Shown here: in pieces, positions 1-9,033 of the stretch
Position numbering within the stretch: the first letter of the stretch is position 1
How the letters are laid out: the number at the start of each line of letters is the position of its first letter
DNA from: a virus
Taxonomy: Duplodnaviria > Caudoviricetes
Strand: one strand, 5' to 3'
Virus record (IMG/VR): IMGVR_UViG_3300043485_000046
Coordinates: 1 to 30,565 of that record
DNA: 30,565 nucleotides
Made by a program: the position numbers and the translations under genes
The notes under the pieces: generated by a model
The model's input: only the letters and a program-made list of their open reading frames with translations
The model's database searches: none
What the model was told of the DNA's origin: nothing

Positions 1-159
1 TTCATCGCCGACGGGGTGACCGCGGCCCGCGCCGAGTACCTGGTGGCGCTGGCCGTGACCTGCCATGTCACCCCGCGTGAGGCGGACCGGCTGACGGTGC
101 CGGATTTCGGCCGGCTGACCTGCGGCATCGACGCGCTAGAGGACCGGGACGGAGGCTAG
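1..159 (+). CDS. 3' end of tail assembly chaperone (partial)
   Basis: Frame 1 open from base 1 (FIADGVTAARAEYLVALAVTCHVTPREADRL...DGG*) to TAG 157-159, directly before the tape measure; identity from position. Confidence 0.6.
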   Translation, partial: FIADGVTAARAEYLVALAVTCHVTPREADRLTVPDFGRLTCGIDALEDRDGG

Positions 160-162
160 GCC

Positions 163-2760
163 GTGGCGCTGGTCAAGACCGTCCGCCTGAATATCGTGAC
201 AGCGCCGGGCGATTCCAGGGCCAAGATGGAGGCCATCGACCGCCAGGCCCGCAAGCTCGGCGAGCTGCACCCTGAAATCAAGGTAAAGATCGATTCTGCG
301 GCTGCGCTGCTGCAGCTGTCCGTTCTGAAGCATGAGCTGAAGAACACCGGCACCGAGTCGGAGACGCTGTCCGGGAAGTTCCGGAACCTGTCCCGCAGCA
401 TGGACCAGGCGCTGCCGAAGTTCTCCGGCCTGGCCGCGGCGGGGCTGTCGCTCGGCCCGGCGCTGCTGCCCGTCCTCGCCGCGGCAACGGCCGCTACCCT
501 CGGCCTCGGCACGGCTCTCGCCGGTGCCGGGGCCGCTCTCGGCATCTTCGGTGCCGCCGCTAAGTCGAATCTCGCGGACATGGAGAAGCAGCTCAAGAAG
601 GTCCAGGCGGCCAACCTGCTGGCGAACAAGGCGCTGGCCGTCAAGCCCGGGGACCGGACGGCTACGCAGAAGGCGCAGATCGCCGACGCGAAGGCGATGA
701 CGGCGGCGTTCGATAAAGAGTTCGGGGCGCTGGCCACGGCGCAGGAGAAGCTTAAGAAGGTCTGGGACTCGTTCAAGAACCAGGGCGGCGTCGTCAACAA
801 CACGCTCGCCCAGGGCATGAACCTCATCGCCGCCGCGCTGCCGCACTTCACCCCGCTGCTGCGCCTGGGCGCCACGGCGGTGCAGGCGTTCGAGGGGGCG
901 CTGGCCGGGTTCACCGTCGGCGGCGGCCTGGACCGGATGGTCGCCGGGCTGGTGAAGTTCGGGAAGATCGGCCTGGCGGGGCTGCTCGCGGTGCTGCATA
1001 ATCTCGCGGTCGCGTTCGGGGCGCTGTCCGGCGGCATGGGCAGTTTCGCGCAGGGCGCGATTAACGGCATCGTGGGGCTGTCGCGGGCGTTCGCGGACTG
1101 GGCGCAGAACAAAGGGTCCGGCGCGCTCACCGGGCTCATGGAGACCGTTAAGCGGCTCGGCCCCGGCGTCGCGGCGCTGCTGCAGAACCTGGCGGCGGTG
1201 CTGCCGACCCTGGCCCGGGGCCTGTTCCCGCTGGCGCCGCTGTCGCTGGCGCTGTCGACGGCGCTGGCCGGGATCATCGCGAAGGTGCCGCCGGGCGTGA
1301 TCACGGCGCTGGCTGTCGCGTTCCTGTCCGTGTACGGGGCGATCAAGCTGGTTACGACGGCGACGAAGGTCTGGGAGGGCGTTCAGGCCGTCATGAACGT
1401 GCTGCTCGACGCGAACCCGATCGGGCTGATCGTCCTCGGGCTGGCCGCGCTGGTCACCGGCATCGTGCTGGCGTACCAGCATTCGGAGACGTTCCGGAAG
1501 ATCGTGCAGGCGTCGTTCCGCGTCGTCCTGGCGGTGGTGCAGGCCGTGTGGGGCTGGATTAAGAAAAACTGGCCGCTGCTGCTGGCCGTGCTCACCGGGC
1601 CTATCGGCCTGCTGGCCACGTTCGTGATCAAGCACTTCGACACGATCAAGTCCGTCATCAGCGCCGCGATAAAGATCATAAAACTCACGTTCCTGACGAT
1701 GATCGACAACATGCTCGGCGGGCTGCGGAATCTCACCGGGACTCTCGGTCACCTGCCCGGGCCGCTGGGTGCCCCGTTCCGCGCGATGTCCGGCGCGATC
1801 GACCATGCCCGGGACCGCATCCATGCCCTGATGGACAGCGTCCGCGGCGTGCACGGCAAGTCCGTGAAGATTCTCGTGGGCGGGTCCGGGCACTGGGACA
1901 TCGTCGGCCCCGGCGGCCCGGGCCACCGCGTCGGCGCGAAGGGGCTCCTGGTTACCGGCGGCGTGCCCGGCCGGGATTCCGTGCCGATCCTGGCCATGCC
2001 CGGCGAGGCCGTCGTCCCGAAGCACCTCACCCCGGCGATCGCGCCGTTCCTGGCGGCGAACAGGGTTCCCGGGTTCGCCCGCGGCGGCGTCGTCGGGTCC
2101 TACGCCGACGGGCCGGCCGGGCTCGGCAGGTTCCTCGGCCGCGAGTACGCGGCGACCGAGCGGGCCATCGAGCTGGGCGTGGTCGCCGCGATCCGCGGCG
2201 CGCAGAAAGCAGGCGCCGGGTTCGGCGGCGGGTCCGGCGCGCTCGGCGGCGACGCCGGGGCGAACAAGTCCCTCGCGTCGCGGATATTCCCCTGGGGATC
2301 GTCGCAGTGGCCGCCGTTCGTGGCGCTGGAAATGCGCGAGGCCGGATTTAACCGCTTCGCCCGCAACCCGTCCTCGGGGGCGTACGGGATACCGCAGGCG
2401 CTCCCGCCGACGAAGATGCCGTTCGCCGCGCAGGCCGCGGGCGGGTCGCACGCCGGGCCGCAGCTGTCGTGGATGTTCAACTACATCAAGGGCCGGTACT
2501 CCACCCCGGCCGGCGCGTGGGCGCACGAGGTCAGCGCCGGGTGGTATGACCGCGGCGGCGTCCTGCCCCGCGGGCTGTCGCTGGCGCTGAACACCACCGG
2601 CCGGCCGGAGCCCGTCGGCGCGGCCATCACGCCCACGGTGGTCATCCGGGTTGGCGGGTCCGGTCACGGGACGCTGGACCGGGCGGTGCTGTCGTGGCTG
2701 AAGCGGACGGTCGTCGTCGAGGGCGGCGGCGACGTCCAGGTTGCCCTGGGCGGCACCTAG
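163..2760 (+). CDS. Tail tape measure protein with C-terminal lytic transglycosylase (SLT-like) domain
   Basis: 865 aa, Ala/Gly/Leu-rich; ANPIGLIV...YQHSETFRKIV TMP motif; GRDSVPILAMPGEAVV; C-terminal REAGFN..ARNPSSGAYGIPQALP...YIKGRY transglycosylase motif; GGAGG upstream. Confidence 0.93.
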   Translation: MALVKTVRLNIVTAPGDSRAKMEAIDRQARKLGELHPEIKVKIDSAAALLQLSVLKHELKNTGTESETLSGKFRNLSRSMDQALPKFSGLAAAGLSLGPALLPVLAAATAATLGLGTALAGAGAALGIFGAAAKSNLADMEKQLKKVQAANLLANKALAVKPGDRTATQKAQIADAKAMTAAFDKEFGALATAQEKLKKVWDSFKNQGGVVNNTLAQGMNLIAAALPHFTPLLRLGATAVQAFEGALAGFTVGGGLDRMVAGLVKFGKIGLAGLLAVLHNLAVAFGALSGGMGSFAQGAINGIVGLSRAFADWAQNKGSGALTGLMETVKRLGPGVAALLQNLAAVLPTLARGLFPLAPLSLALSTALAGIIAKVPPGVITALAVAFLSVYGAIKLVTTATKVWEGVQAVMNVLLDANPIGLIVLGLAALVTGIVLAYQHSETFRKIVQASFRVVLAVVQAVWGWIKKNWPLLLAVLTGPIGLLATFVIKHFDTIKSVISAAIKIIKLTFLTMIDNMLGGLRNLTGTLGHLPGPLGAPFRAMSGAIDHARDRIHALMDSVRGVHGKSVKILVGGSGHWDIVGPGGPGHRVGAKGLLVTGGVPGRDSVPILAMPGEAVVPKHLTPAIAPFLAANRVPGFARGGVVGSYADGPAGLGRFLGREYAATERAIELGVVAAIRGAQKAGAGFGGGSGALGGDAGANKSLASRIFPWGSSQWPPFVALEMREAGFNRFARNPSSGAYGIPQALPPTKMPFAAQAAGGSHAGPQLSWMFNYIKGRYSTPAGAWAHEVSAGWYDRGGVLPRGLSLALNTTGRPEPVGAAITPTVVIRVGGSGHGTLDRAVLSWLKRTVVVEGGGDVQVALGGT

Positions 2761-5757
2761 ATGGCGATGTTCCCGCTGGACGTCACCGCCGAGCTGCTGA
2801 TTAACGGAAGCTGGACGGACGTCTCCCGGTACGTGTACCAGCGCGACGGGATAAGCATCAGCGGCGGCCGGGCGGACTGGTCCGATAAGCCGCAGCACGC
2901 CACCGCCACGTTCACGGTGAACAACCGGGACGGCCGGTTCTCCCCGCTGTATGCGTCGGGTGCCTACTACCCGTACCTGACGAGGAACGTCCAGTGCAGG
3001 ATCGGCGTCACCGCCACCAGCTCATCCGGCGCGTTCTACTCGGGGTTCCGGTTCTACGGCGAGGTGGCCGCGTGGCCGCCGCTGTCGGACATCTCCGGCA
3101 AGGACGTCTACGTGACGGTGTCCGCGGCCGGGCCGATGCGCCGCATCCGCTCCGGCGGCGGCAAGGGCTCCGCGCTGACCCGCTACTACAACACGCTGAC
3201 CGGGTCGTATGCGCCGGTGGCGTACTGGCCGTGCGAGCAGGATCCGGATTCGGACGTGATCGGCGCCGGGATCGAGGGCGGCCAGGACATGGACATCCTG
3301 TCCGGCACGCCGCTGTGGAAAGCCGTCTCCAATTTCAACGGCTCGGCGCCGATCGGGGTGCTGAACGGATCGGCGTGGTCCGGGGTGACCGGCGATTTCT
3401 CCACGTCCGGTGATGACATCTTCGCCGCCGCGGGGACCTACACCTGGGTGGCGTCGACCACGACGGTCAACGCGAAAGTCTGGGGCGCGGGCGCCGGGGG
3501 CGCGAACGGGGGCACCGGCGCCGGGGGCGGCGGCGGCGAGTTCGCGCAGGAGACCACGCTGGCGGTCACGCCCGGCAGCCCGTACACGGTGCGGGTCGGC
3601 GCGGGCGGCAAGGCCGGGCACGGCGCGGCGGCCACGTCCATCGCCGGTGCCGACGGCGGCGACTCGTCGGTTGCCGGTGACGCGGTGACGGTCACCGGCC
3701 ACGGCGGTAAGGGCAACTCCGGGTCCACCGGCGGCCTCGGCGGCACCGGGTACGCGTCCGGGACGCATCACAACGGCGGGCAGGGCGGGTCGAACCCGTC
3801 GAACTTCCAGGCCGGGGCCGGGGGCGGCGCCTCCGGCGGTACCGCCCTGGCCGGGAACGCCGGGGCCGCCCCCGTCGGGATCACCCCCGGAGCAGGCGGC
3901 GCGGCGGTGTCCGGCGGCGGCAAGGGCGGCGACGGCGGCCCGAACTACGGGCCCGGGCTCCAGGGCGGCTCCCCCGGCGGCGGCGGCGGCGGCGGCGGCG
4001 ACGACCTCGACTCCAACTATGACCACGCCGGGGGGTCCGGGGCGCCCGGCAAAGTTGAGATGGCGTACACGCCGACCGGCGGCGGCACCACGGCGACGAA
4101 CAACATCATCCGGTTCATCCTGTACGTCCCGCCGCACGGCGGGAACCGTTCCAAGGTGCTGGTGCGGGCGGTCACCACCGGGACGATCGCCACCCTGGAC
4201 GTCAGCCTCAACTCCACGTCGACGGGGCTGGTCATCACGGGGAAGCTGTCCGGCGGGTCCACGTCGTTCACGGGGACGCTGACGACGCCGGTCAACGGGG
4301 TGCCGCTGCTAGTCAGTGCGGAGCTGAACAAGTCCGGCACGTCGATCGCGTGGGCGCTGAAGGCCATCGAGCCCGGCCACACCGGCATCGCCGGGTCGGT
4401 GTCCGGCACCGTGGTCACGTCCAGCATCGGGAATGTCAGCGCGGTCCTCGCCGGGCCCAACGCCGACATCACCAAGACGGCACTCGGCCACATCTCGGTG
4501 CAGTACGCGTTCATTGACATCCGCGCCGTGTCCGCGGCGCTGCACGGCCACACCGGCGAGATGTCCGTCGACCGCTTCATCCGCCTGTGCAACGAGCAGG
4601 CCCTCGCCGCCAACCCGCGGTTCGCCGAAACCTCGGACCACTGGGGCTTCGAAACCGGCACCCAGTCATGGGTCGGCACCCTGGCCACGCTGACGCAATC
4701 AGCCGTGTGGGCGTCACCCGCCGACCCGACTCACTCGCTGCTGCTGACGTCCACCGGCGCCGCGGGCACCTGGTCCGCGTCGTCGCCGCGGGGGACCAGC
4801 GGCGAGCCGTGCAATCCCGGGGACACGGTATCGGCCGCCGCCGACGTGTTCACCCCGGCCGCGCTCGGGAACATGACCCTGCACATTGATTTCTTCACCG
4901 CGGCCGGGACGTTCCTGTCGTCGATCAGCCCGGCCACGGTCGCCGTCGCCGCGGGGGACGTGACGACGCTGAAGGCCACCGGCACGGTACCCGCCGCCGC
5001 GGCGTTCCTGTCCTGCATCGTCCTCGACGTCGAGACCGTCGCCGCGGGGAAGCTCATCTATGTTGACCACGTGCGGCTCACCCCGCGGATGGGCCCGCAG
5101 ACCGCGAAGGAATACCACCACTTCCTCCACGAGATCGCCGTCCTGGACGCCGGGATACTCACCGAGGCGCGGAACTCGTGGGCGCTCGGGCTGCGGACCC
5201 GGTTCTCCCTCGTCGCCCAGGCCGCCGCCGTGACGCTGACCTATAACATGCTGTCGCCGCCGCTGGAACCCGTCGTGGATGACCAGCGGACCGTGAACGA
5301 CGTGATCCTGAAACGGCACAAGGGGTCGCAGGTCAGGATCACGAACACGGTGACAAGCTCGCCGATGAACACCCAGCCGCCGCCCGTCGGGATCGATAAG
5401 AAGACCAGCCTTACCAAGGTGATCGCCGAGTCCGACGCGCAGCTGCTGGCGCTGGCGCAGCACCTGCTCAACCTGGGCACGGTCACCGATGAGCGGTACC
5501 CGACGATCACGGTCAACCTGGCGCGGGCGTCGATCACCGGGAACGCGATGGCGCCGCTGCTGCCGGCCATCGCCGCCGTCGAGGTCGGCGACCGATTGGC
5601 TCTGTCCGGCCTGCCGTTCTGGTACCCGTCGACCACCGCAAGCCAGCTGGTCATCGGCTACACCGAGACGATTAACCCGCGCGACTGGGAAATCACGTGG
5701 AACTGCGTCCCGGAATCGCCTTACTCCCTGACCGCCACCACCAGCGGCCGCTGGTGA
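2761..5757 (+). CDS. Large minor tail/tail-tip protein with Gly-rich insert and probable carbohydrate-binding module
   Basis: 998 aa after TMP; ELLINGSWTDVS...NNRDGRFSP start, AYWPCE, WGAGAGG...GGGGGEFA Gly-rich region, WGFETG...YVDHVRL beta-sandwich-like segment, W..TWNC.P.SPY end. Confidence 0.85.
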   Translation: MAMFPLDVTAELLINGSWTDVSRYVYQRDGISISGGRADWSDKPQHATATFTVNNRDGRFSPLYASGAYYPYLTRNVQCRIGVTATSSSGAFYSGFRFYGEVAAWPPLSDISGKDVYVTVSAAGPMRRIRSGGGKGSALTRYYNTLTGSYAPVAYWPCEQDPDSDVIGAGIEGGQDMDILSGTPLWKAVSNFNGSAPIGVLNGSAWSGVTGDFSTSGDDIFAAAGTYTWVASTTTVNAKVWGAGAGGANGGTGAGGGGGEFAQETTLAVTPGSPYTVRVGAGGKAGHGAAATSIAGADGGDSSVAGDAVTVTGHGGKGNSGSTGGLGGTGYASGTHHNGGQGGSNPSNFQAGAGGGASGGTALAGNAGAAPVGITPGAGGAAVSGGGKGGDGGPNYGPGLQGGSPGGGGGGGGDDLDSNYDHAGGSGAPGKVEMAYTPTGGGTTATNNIIRFILYVPPHGGNRSKVLVRAVTTGTIATLDVSLNSTSTGLVITGKLSGGSTSFTGTLTTPVNGVPLLVSAELNKSGTSIAWALKAIEPGHTGIAGSVSGTVVTSSIGNVSAVLAGPNADITKTALGHISVQYAFIDIRAVSAALHGHTGEMSVDRFIRLCNEQALAANPRFAETSDHWGFETGTQSWVGTLATLTQSAVWASPADPTHSLLLTSTGAAGTWSASSPRGTSGEPCNPGDTVSAAADVFTPAALGNMTLHIDFFTAAGTFLSSISPATVAVAAGDVTTLKATGTVPAAAAFLSCIVLDVETVAAGKLIYVDHVRLTPRMGPQTAKEYHHFLHEIAVLDAGILTEARNSWALGLRTRFSLVAQAAAVTLTYNMLSPPLEPVVDDQRTVNDVILKRHKGSQVRITNTVTSSPMNTQPPPVGIDKKTSLTKVIAESDAQLLALAQHLLNLGTVTDERYPTITVNLARASITGNAMAPLLPAIAAVEVGDRLALSGLPFWYPSTTASQLVIGYTETINPRDWEITWNCVPESPYSLTATTSGRW

Positions 5758-5811
5758 GTCGGGCGTACAGTTACCGGCAAGAATCCATCTGCCTGACAAG
5801 GGACGGTAACG

Positions 5812-6138
5812 ATGGCAAGGCTGAATGACGCCGCAGCGCGTGACCTCGACGAAACCCGCCGCCTGCTCTACATGGCGCTGCTCGTCGGCAAGACCAAGAA
5901 ATACAACCTCGCCGGGACGATCGTGAACGCGATCCGCCACCACCAGCACGCCGACACGGACGCTGACCCGTCGGTACTGGAGGACCGCGTCGTGGCGTAC
6001 TGCAACCGGCCGGTCGGCGAGGCATCCGAGGACGACGCGTGGATCAGGGATCAGGTCCGCCGCTGCATCGATGCTCTCGGCGATGACGATGAGGCCCCGT
6101 CTCCTGCCAGCGTTCAGGCAGCCGACATAGGCCACTAG
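5812..6138 (+). CDS. Hypothetical protein (insert in tail module)
   Basis: 108 aa ORF, AAGGGA upstream, no recognised motif. Confidence 0.6.
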   Translation: MARLNDAAARDLDETRRLLYMALLVGKTKKYNLAGTIVNAIRHHQHADTDADPSVLEDRVVAYCNRPVGEASEDDAWIRDQVRRCIDALGDDDEAPSPASVQAADIGH

Positions 6139-6182
6139 ATGGGCTGGTGGGCGCCCAGCGGTGCATCGATGCTCTCGGCGAT
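6064..6182. repeat. 21-bp exact direct repeat TGCATCGATGCTCTCGGCGAT, 2 copies
   Basis: Copies at 6064-6084 and 6162-6182; contains palindrome GCATCGATGC. Confidence 0.9.
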
Positions 6183-6390
6183 TAGGCGCGCCTGGAAGCA
6201 CCGCGGGTGCGTCAAGTTGCCTGACGGGAGGTGCAGCATTTACTCGCCGTGCCGTGCCGGTGACCTGAAATCGTCATGGGAGGACTTCCAGCGCAGGGTC
6301 ACTGATCCTTCCACCGGCCCGGCGATGGCGGCCGCTGAAATGCGGCGCATCATCACCGAGCGCCGGGACCTGGACGGAAAGCGCCGGTGA
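6139..6390 (+). CDS. Hypothetical protein
   Basis: 83 aa; ATG directly after upstream TAG. Confidence 0.5.
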   Translation: MGWWAPSGASMLSAIRRAWKHRGCVKLPDGRCSIYSPCRAGDLKSSWEDFQRRVTDPSTGPAMAAAEMRRIITERRDLDGKRR

Positions 6391-6545
6391 TGGAGCACGA
6401 GATCACCGCCGAGGCAATGGAGCAGCTCGCAGCAGAACTGCGGGCATTCGCCGTCACCATCGGGGACAGGGATCGATGGCTCGCCCAGACGTTGCGCAAC
6501 AGAGCTGCCTGGTGGTCCGGCCGGGCCACGGATCACGGTGACTGA
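6390..6545 (+). CDS. Small hypothetical protein (MEHEITAEAM...TDHGD, 51 aa)
   Basis: Read by hand; TGATG overlap with upstream stop. Confidence 0.55.
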   Translation: MEHEITAEAMEQLAAELRAFAVTIGDRDRWLAQTLRNRAAWWSGRATDHGD

Positions 6546-6556
6546 CCGGAGGTGAC

Positions 6557-7036
6557 ATGCCAGCATCCCCGGACTTCGACCCGGACCAGCTCCACGACGA
6601 AATCGCGGAACTGCGCGGCCTGCACGACCGGCTCACCGAGGTCATCGGCACCGGCGGGAACATGCAGGTCAACGGGGTCCTGACGGCCACCGACCCGGTT
6701 AACGGCGGCCCGGAAACGTGGCATGACCTCGGCACCCTGCACGGATTCACGCTCACCCGCGGCCGGTACCGGATGAACATCGAGGGCGAGCTGGAGATCG
6801 ATTTCCAGGGCCTGGGCGTCAACACGAACGCCGCGACCGAGACATTCGCCAACGCGATGCCCGCCGCGTACCGGCCCGTGCAGGTACGCCGGGGGACGTG
6901 CGAGACGGGCCGGGCGATGACCGCGGGTGACCCGTGGCCGAAACTCGTCGTCAACACCGACGGGACCGTGGACGTGATCACGTTCGTCTCCGTCTCCGTG
7001 ACCCTTCAGTTCAACGGGTCATTCCCGCTCGACTAG
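6557..7036 (+). CDS. Minor tail / fibre-tip-like protein
   Basis: GGAGG RBS; WHDL...GRYR...MPAAYRP...LVVNTDGTV pattern typical of actinophage fibre C-termini. Confidence 0.7.
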   Translation: MPASPDFDPDQLHDEIAELRGLHDRLTEVIGTGGNMQVNGVLTATDPVNGGPETWHDLGTLHGFTLTRGRYRMNIEGELEIDFQGLGVNTNAATETFANAMPAAYRPVQVRRGTCETGRAMTAGDPWPKLVVNTDGTVDVITFVSVSVTLQFNGSFPLD

Positions 7037-7045
7037 GAGGACCGC

Positions 7046-7360
7046 GTGGCACTGTTCAACAAGGGCGAGCTGTCCCCGCAGCAGATCATCACCCTCGCGC
7101 AGACGCGGCTGGCCGCGCACCGCCGGGCGCTGCTGGACATCAACGAGCTGTTCGGGTGGCTGTCCGCGCAGACCGACGGCGACCTGACCACCGGGCTCGG
7201 GTTCGACGTCGACGACCTGTTCGCGGTCCGCTCCGCGGTCGCCGACGCGCACGCCGAGTACCAGTTCTACTCCACCGGGACAGTTCCCGGATCGTACCCG
7301 CAGCCTGCGTCCGCGTACGTCTACGCGGCGAGCCAGGTGCGCGTCATAGGCCCCCAGTAG
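7046..7360 (+). CDS. Hypothetical protein, possibly fibre chaperone
   Basis: 104 aa, AGGAGG RBS, follows fibre-like gene. Confidence 0.7.
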   Translation: MALFNKGELSPQQIITLAQTRLAAHRRALLDINELFGWLSAQTDGDLTTGLGFDVDDLFAVRSAVADAHAEYQFYSTGTVPGSYPQPASAYVYAASQVRVIGPQ

Positions 7361-7423
7361 CACCACAAGGCACAATGGAAACGGGCACGCACGGCCCCCT
7401 GAGCACCGGGGAGGGGAGCGCGG

Positions 7424-7726
7424 GTGCCCGACTCGACGCTGCTGTCCGGGATACTCGGCTCCGCAGGCGCCGGGACGGCGCTGATCGTCGTCATGATCCT
7501 GACCGGCGTCCTTTCCACCTGGCGGTACACGAACCGCGTCGAGGCCGACGCGGAGTACTGGAAGGCCGCCGCCGGGGCCGAGCGCGAGGTGTGCGCGGCG
7601 AAGGACACGGCGCTGGCCGCCGCGGTGCAGCGAGCCGACGCCGCCGTCGAGGTCGCTAACCTGACGAAAGAGCTCCTGGAGGACCTCCGGAGGAGGACCG
7701 ATGCGGCTGCGGCGAAAACCCAGTGA
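7424..7726 (+). CDS. Membrane protein with coiled coil (lysis cluster)
   Basis: N-terminal hydrophobic helix, then Ala/Glu-rich coil; GGAG RBS. Confidence 0.7.
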   Translation: MPDSTLLSGILGSAGAGTALIVVMILTGVLSTWRYTNRVEADAEYWKAAAGAEREVCAAKDTALAAAVQRADAAVEVANLTKELLEDLRRRTDAAAAKTQ

Positions 7727-7958
7727 CATCAGCGCATCCATCGAGGACGCCGTCCGCGCCCGCGAGGACGCCACCACCCGGCTCGCCGCGGCACGGGACC
7801 TGATCGCCGTCCAGCGGGAACGGGCCCGCGCCGAGCGGGTCACCATCATCGCGTCGCTGAAGAAGATGCGCGCGGCCAACAACCTGGCCGGGCTGATCCT
7901 CGACGACGTGGAGAAGAACACGGGGGCAGACGGTGACGCAGGCGCAGCTGGCCGCTGA
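7701..7958 (+). CDS. Small coiled-coil protein (lysis cluster)
   Basis: 85 aa, GGAGGAGG RBS, overlaps neighbours. Confidence 0.7.
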   Translation: MRLRRKPSDISASIEDAVRAREDATTRLAAARDLIAVQRERARAERVTIIASLKKMRAANNLAGLILDDVEKNTGADGDAGAAGR

Positions 7959-8247
7959 CCTCACCGCCGATGCGATCGTGTACGCGGGCGCGGCATCGAC
8001 GGCGTTCCTGATCTTCGCCGCCATCCTGGACCCGAAGCTGTTCCGCACCTCGATCGGCCGGACGCTGATCCTGCTCGACGCGGGGCTGCTGGCGCTGTAC
8101 GCGCCCTCGGTGCTGCACCGTTTCCTCGGCCTGCAGATCGCGCAGGCCGGGTTCGCCTGGTACTACCTCGGGACGATCCTGCTAGTCGGCTCCGCGGTGT
8201 GGTGGCGGACCTGGATCATGATCCGCGCCCAGCGGCGCGGACGCTAA
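7933..8247 (+). CDS. Putative holin (about 3 TM)
   Basis: Three hydrophobic segments, basic C-terminus RAQRRGR. Confidence 0.65.
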   Translation: MTQAQLAADLTADAIVYAGAASTAFLIFAAILDPKLFRTSIGRTLILLDAGLLALYAPSVLHRFLGLQIAQAGFAWYYLGTILLVGSAVWWRTWIMIRAQRRGR

Positions 8248-8256
8248 GGAGGGCTC

Positions 8257-8349
8257 ATGCCGCGCTGGCTGATTTACCTGATCGCCCTGCTGGTGATCCT
8301 GATCATCATCGTCATCCTCGTCGAGCATTTCCACGTCGTCGCGCACTAG
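8257..8349 (+). CDS. 30-aa single-TM peptide MPRWLIYLIALLVILIIIVILVEHFHVVAH
   Basis: Read by hand; AGGAGG RBS; fills the gap between neighbours. Confidence 0.7.
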   Translation: MPRWLIYLIALLVILIIIVILVEHFHVVAH

Positions 8350-8359
8350 GAGCCCCGCC

Positions 8360-8692
8360 ATGGCCGTACAGCGCGCCATCTCGCCGACCCTGAACCCCGC
8401 CGGGCTGACGTCCGCCGGGCTCGCCGTCTACGCCGCCGTCGTCATGATCCTGAACGCCTACCACCACCACGGGATCATCGACCCGCCCGTCATCGTCGCC
8501 GCCGTGGGAGCCGTGGCCGCGCTGCTCACCCGGCAGGTCGTCACCCCGGTGGCCGACCCCCGCGACGGCAACGGCACGCCCCTGCTGGTGCAGGCGGGCG
8601 CGCTGCCGCCAGGCACGGTCCCGGTGCTGCCGTCGAACGTGACCGTCGTCCCGGCGCCCGGCGAGGACGGCGAGAAACTCCAGGTCACCTAG
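8360..8692 (+). CDS. Holin-like membrane protein (2 TM)
   Basis: Two hydrophobic helices then RQVVTPV.DPRDGNG.PL, as in actinophage holins; AGGAG RBS. Confidence 0.7.
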   Translation: MAVQRAISPTLNPAGLTSAGLAVYAAVVMILNAYHHHGIIDPPVIVAAVGAVAALLTRQVVTPVADPRDGNGTPLLVQAGALPPGTVPVLPSNVTVVPAPGEDGEKLQVT

Positions 8693-8784
8693 GCCGTCAC
8701 AACCCTCACGACGCCATAGATGACGATCAGCAAGATAAACAGCAGCGCGACCGCCATGCAGGCACCGGCGTCATCCTCTGTCAT
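8689..8784 (-). CDS. 31-aa single-TM peptide MTEDDAGACMAVALLFILLIVIYGVVRVVTA
   Basis: Read by hand; AGGAGG 8 nt upstream; shares CTAG stop with the convergent holin. Confidence 0.6.
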   Translation of the reverse strand: MTEDDAGACMAVALLFILLIVIYGVVRVVTA

Positions 8785-8846
8785 CCGCTCATCCTCCTAG
8801 GTTCCCGGCCGCGTAAGACCTCGCGGGGAGGCAGCCCCCGGGAAAG

Positions 8847-8885
8847 ACGGCCCCCCAGGGCCTGGCACCCTCCCTGGGGGGCCGT
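8847..8885. terminator. 14-bp perfect stem-loop
   Basis: ACGGCCCCCCAGGG / CCCTGGGGGGCCGT near the convergence of late and leftward transcription. Confidence 0.7.
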
Positions 8886-8895
8886 TCACTCATGC

Positions 8896-9021
8896 CTACA
8901 GGTGCCCGGACAGCGCGCGGAACCACCACGTCTCGCACGCGACAGACCCCTCGCAGCTCGCGCCCTGGTTAGTGCTCGACCCGCCGCCGCCGCTGTTGAA
9001 ACTGTTCCCGTTGGACCACAT
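8896..9021 (-). CDS. 41-aa peptide MWSNGNSFNSGGGGSSTNQGASCEGSVACETWWFRALSGHL
   Basis: Read by hand; AGGAGGT RBS right after the HNH stop. Confidence 0.6.
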   Translation of the reverse strand: MWSNGNSFNSGGGGSSTNQGASCEGSVACETWWFRALSGHL

Positions 9022-9033
9022 GACTACCTCCTG

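Noticed and set aside
136-2898. 920-aa minus-strand ORF and other long antisense ORFs (3022-4137, 4714-6201, 11278-12924)
   Set aside because: Shadow frames of high-GC genes; Arg/Pro-rich with no motifs
3480-4060. GGC-rich repeats as a DNA repeat array
   Set aside because: Explained by the Gly-rich tail domain
6064-6182. Mini-CRISPR or DGR template/variable repeat
   Set aside because: Only two identical copies, 77-bp gap, no cas or reverse transcriptase, no A-specific mismatches
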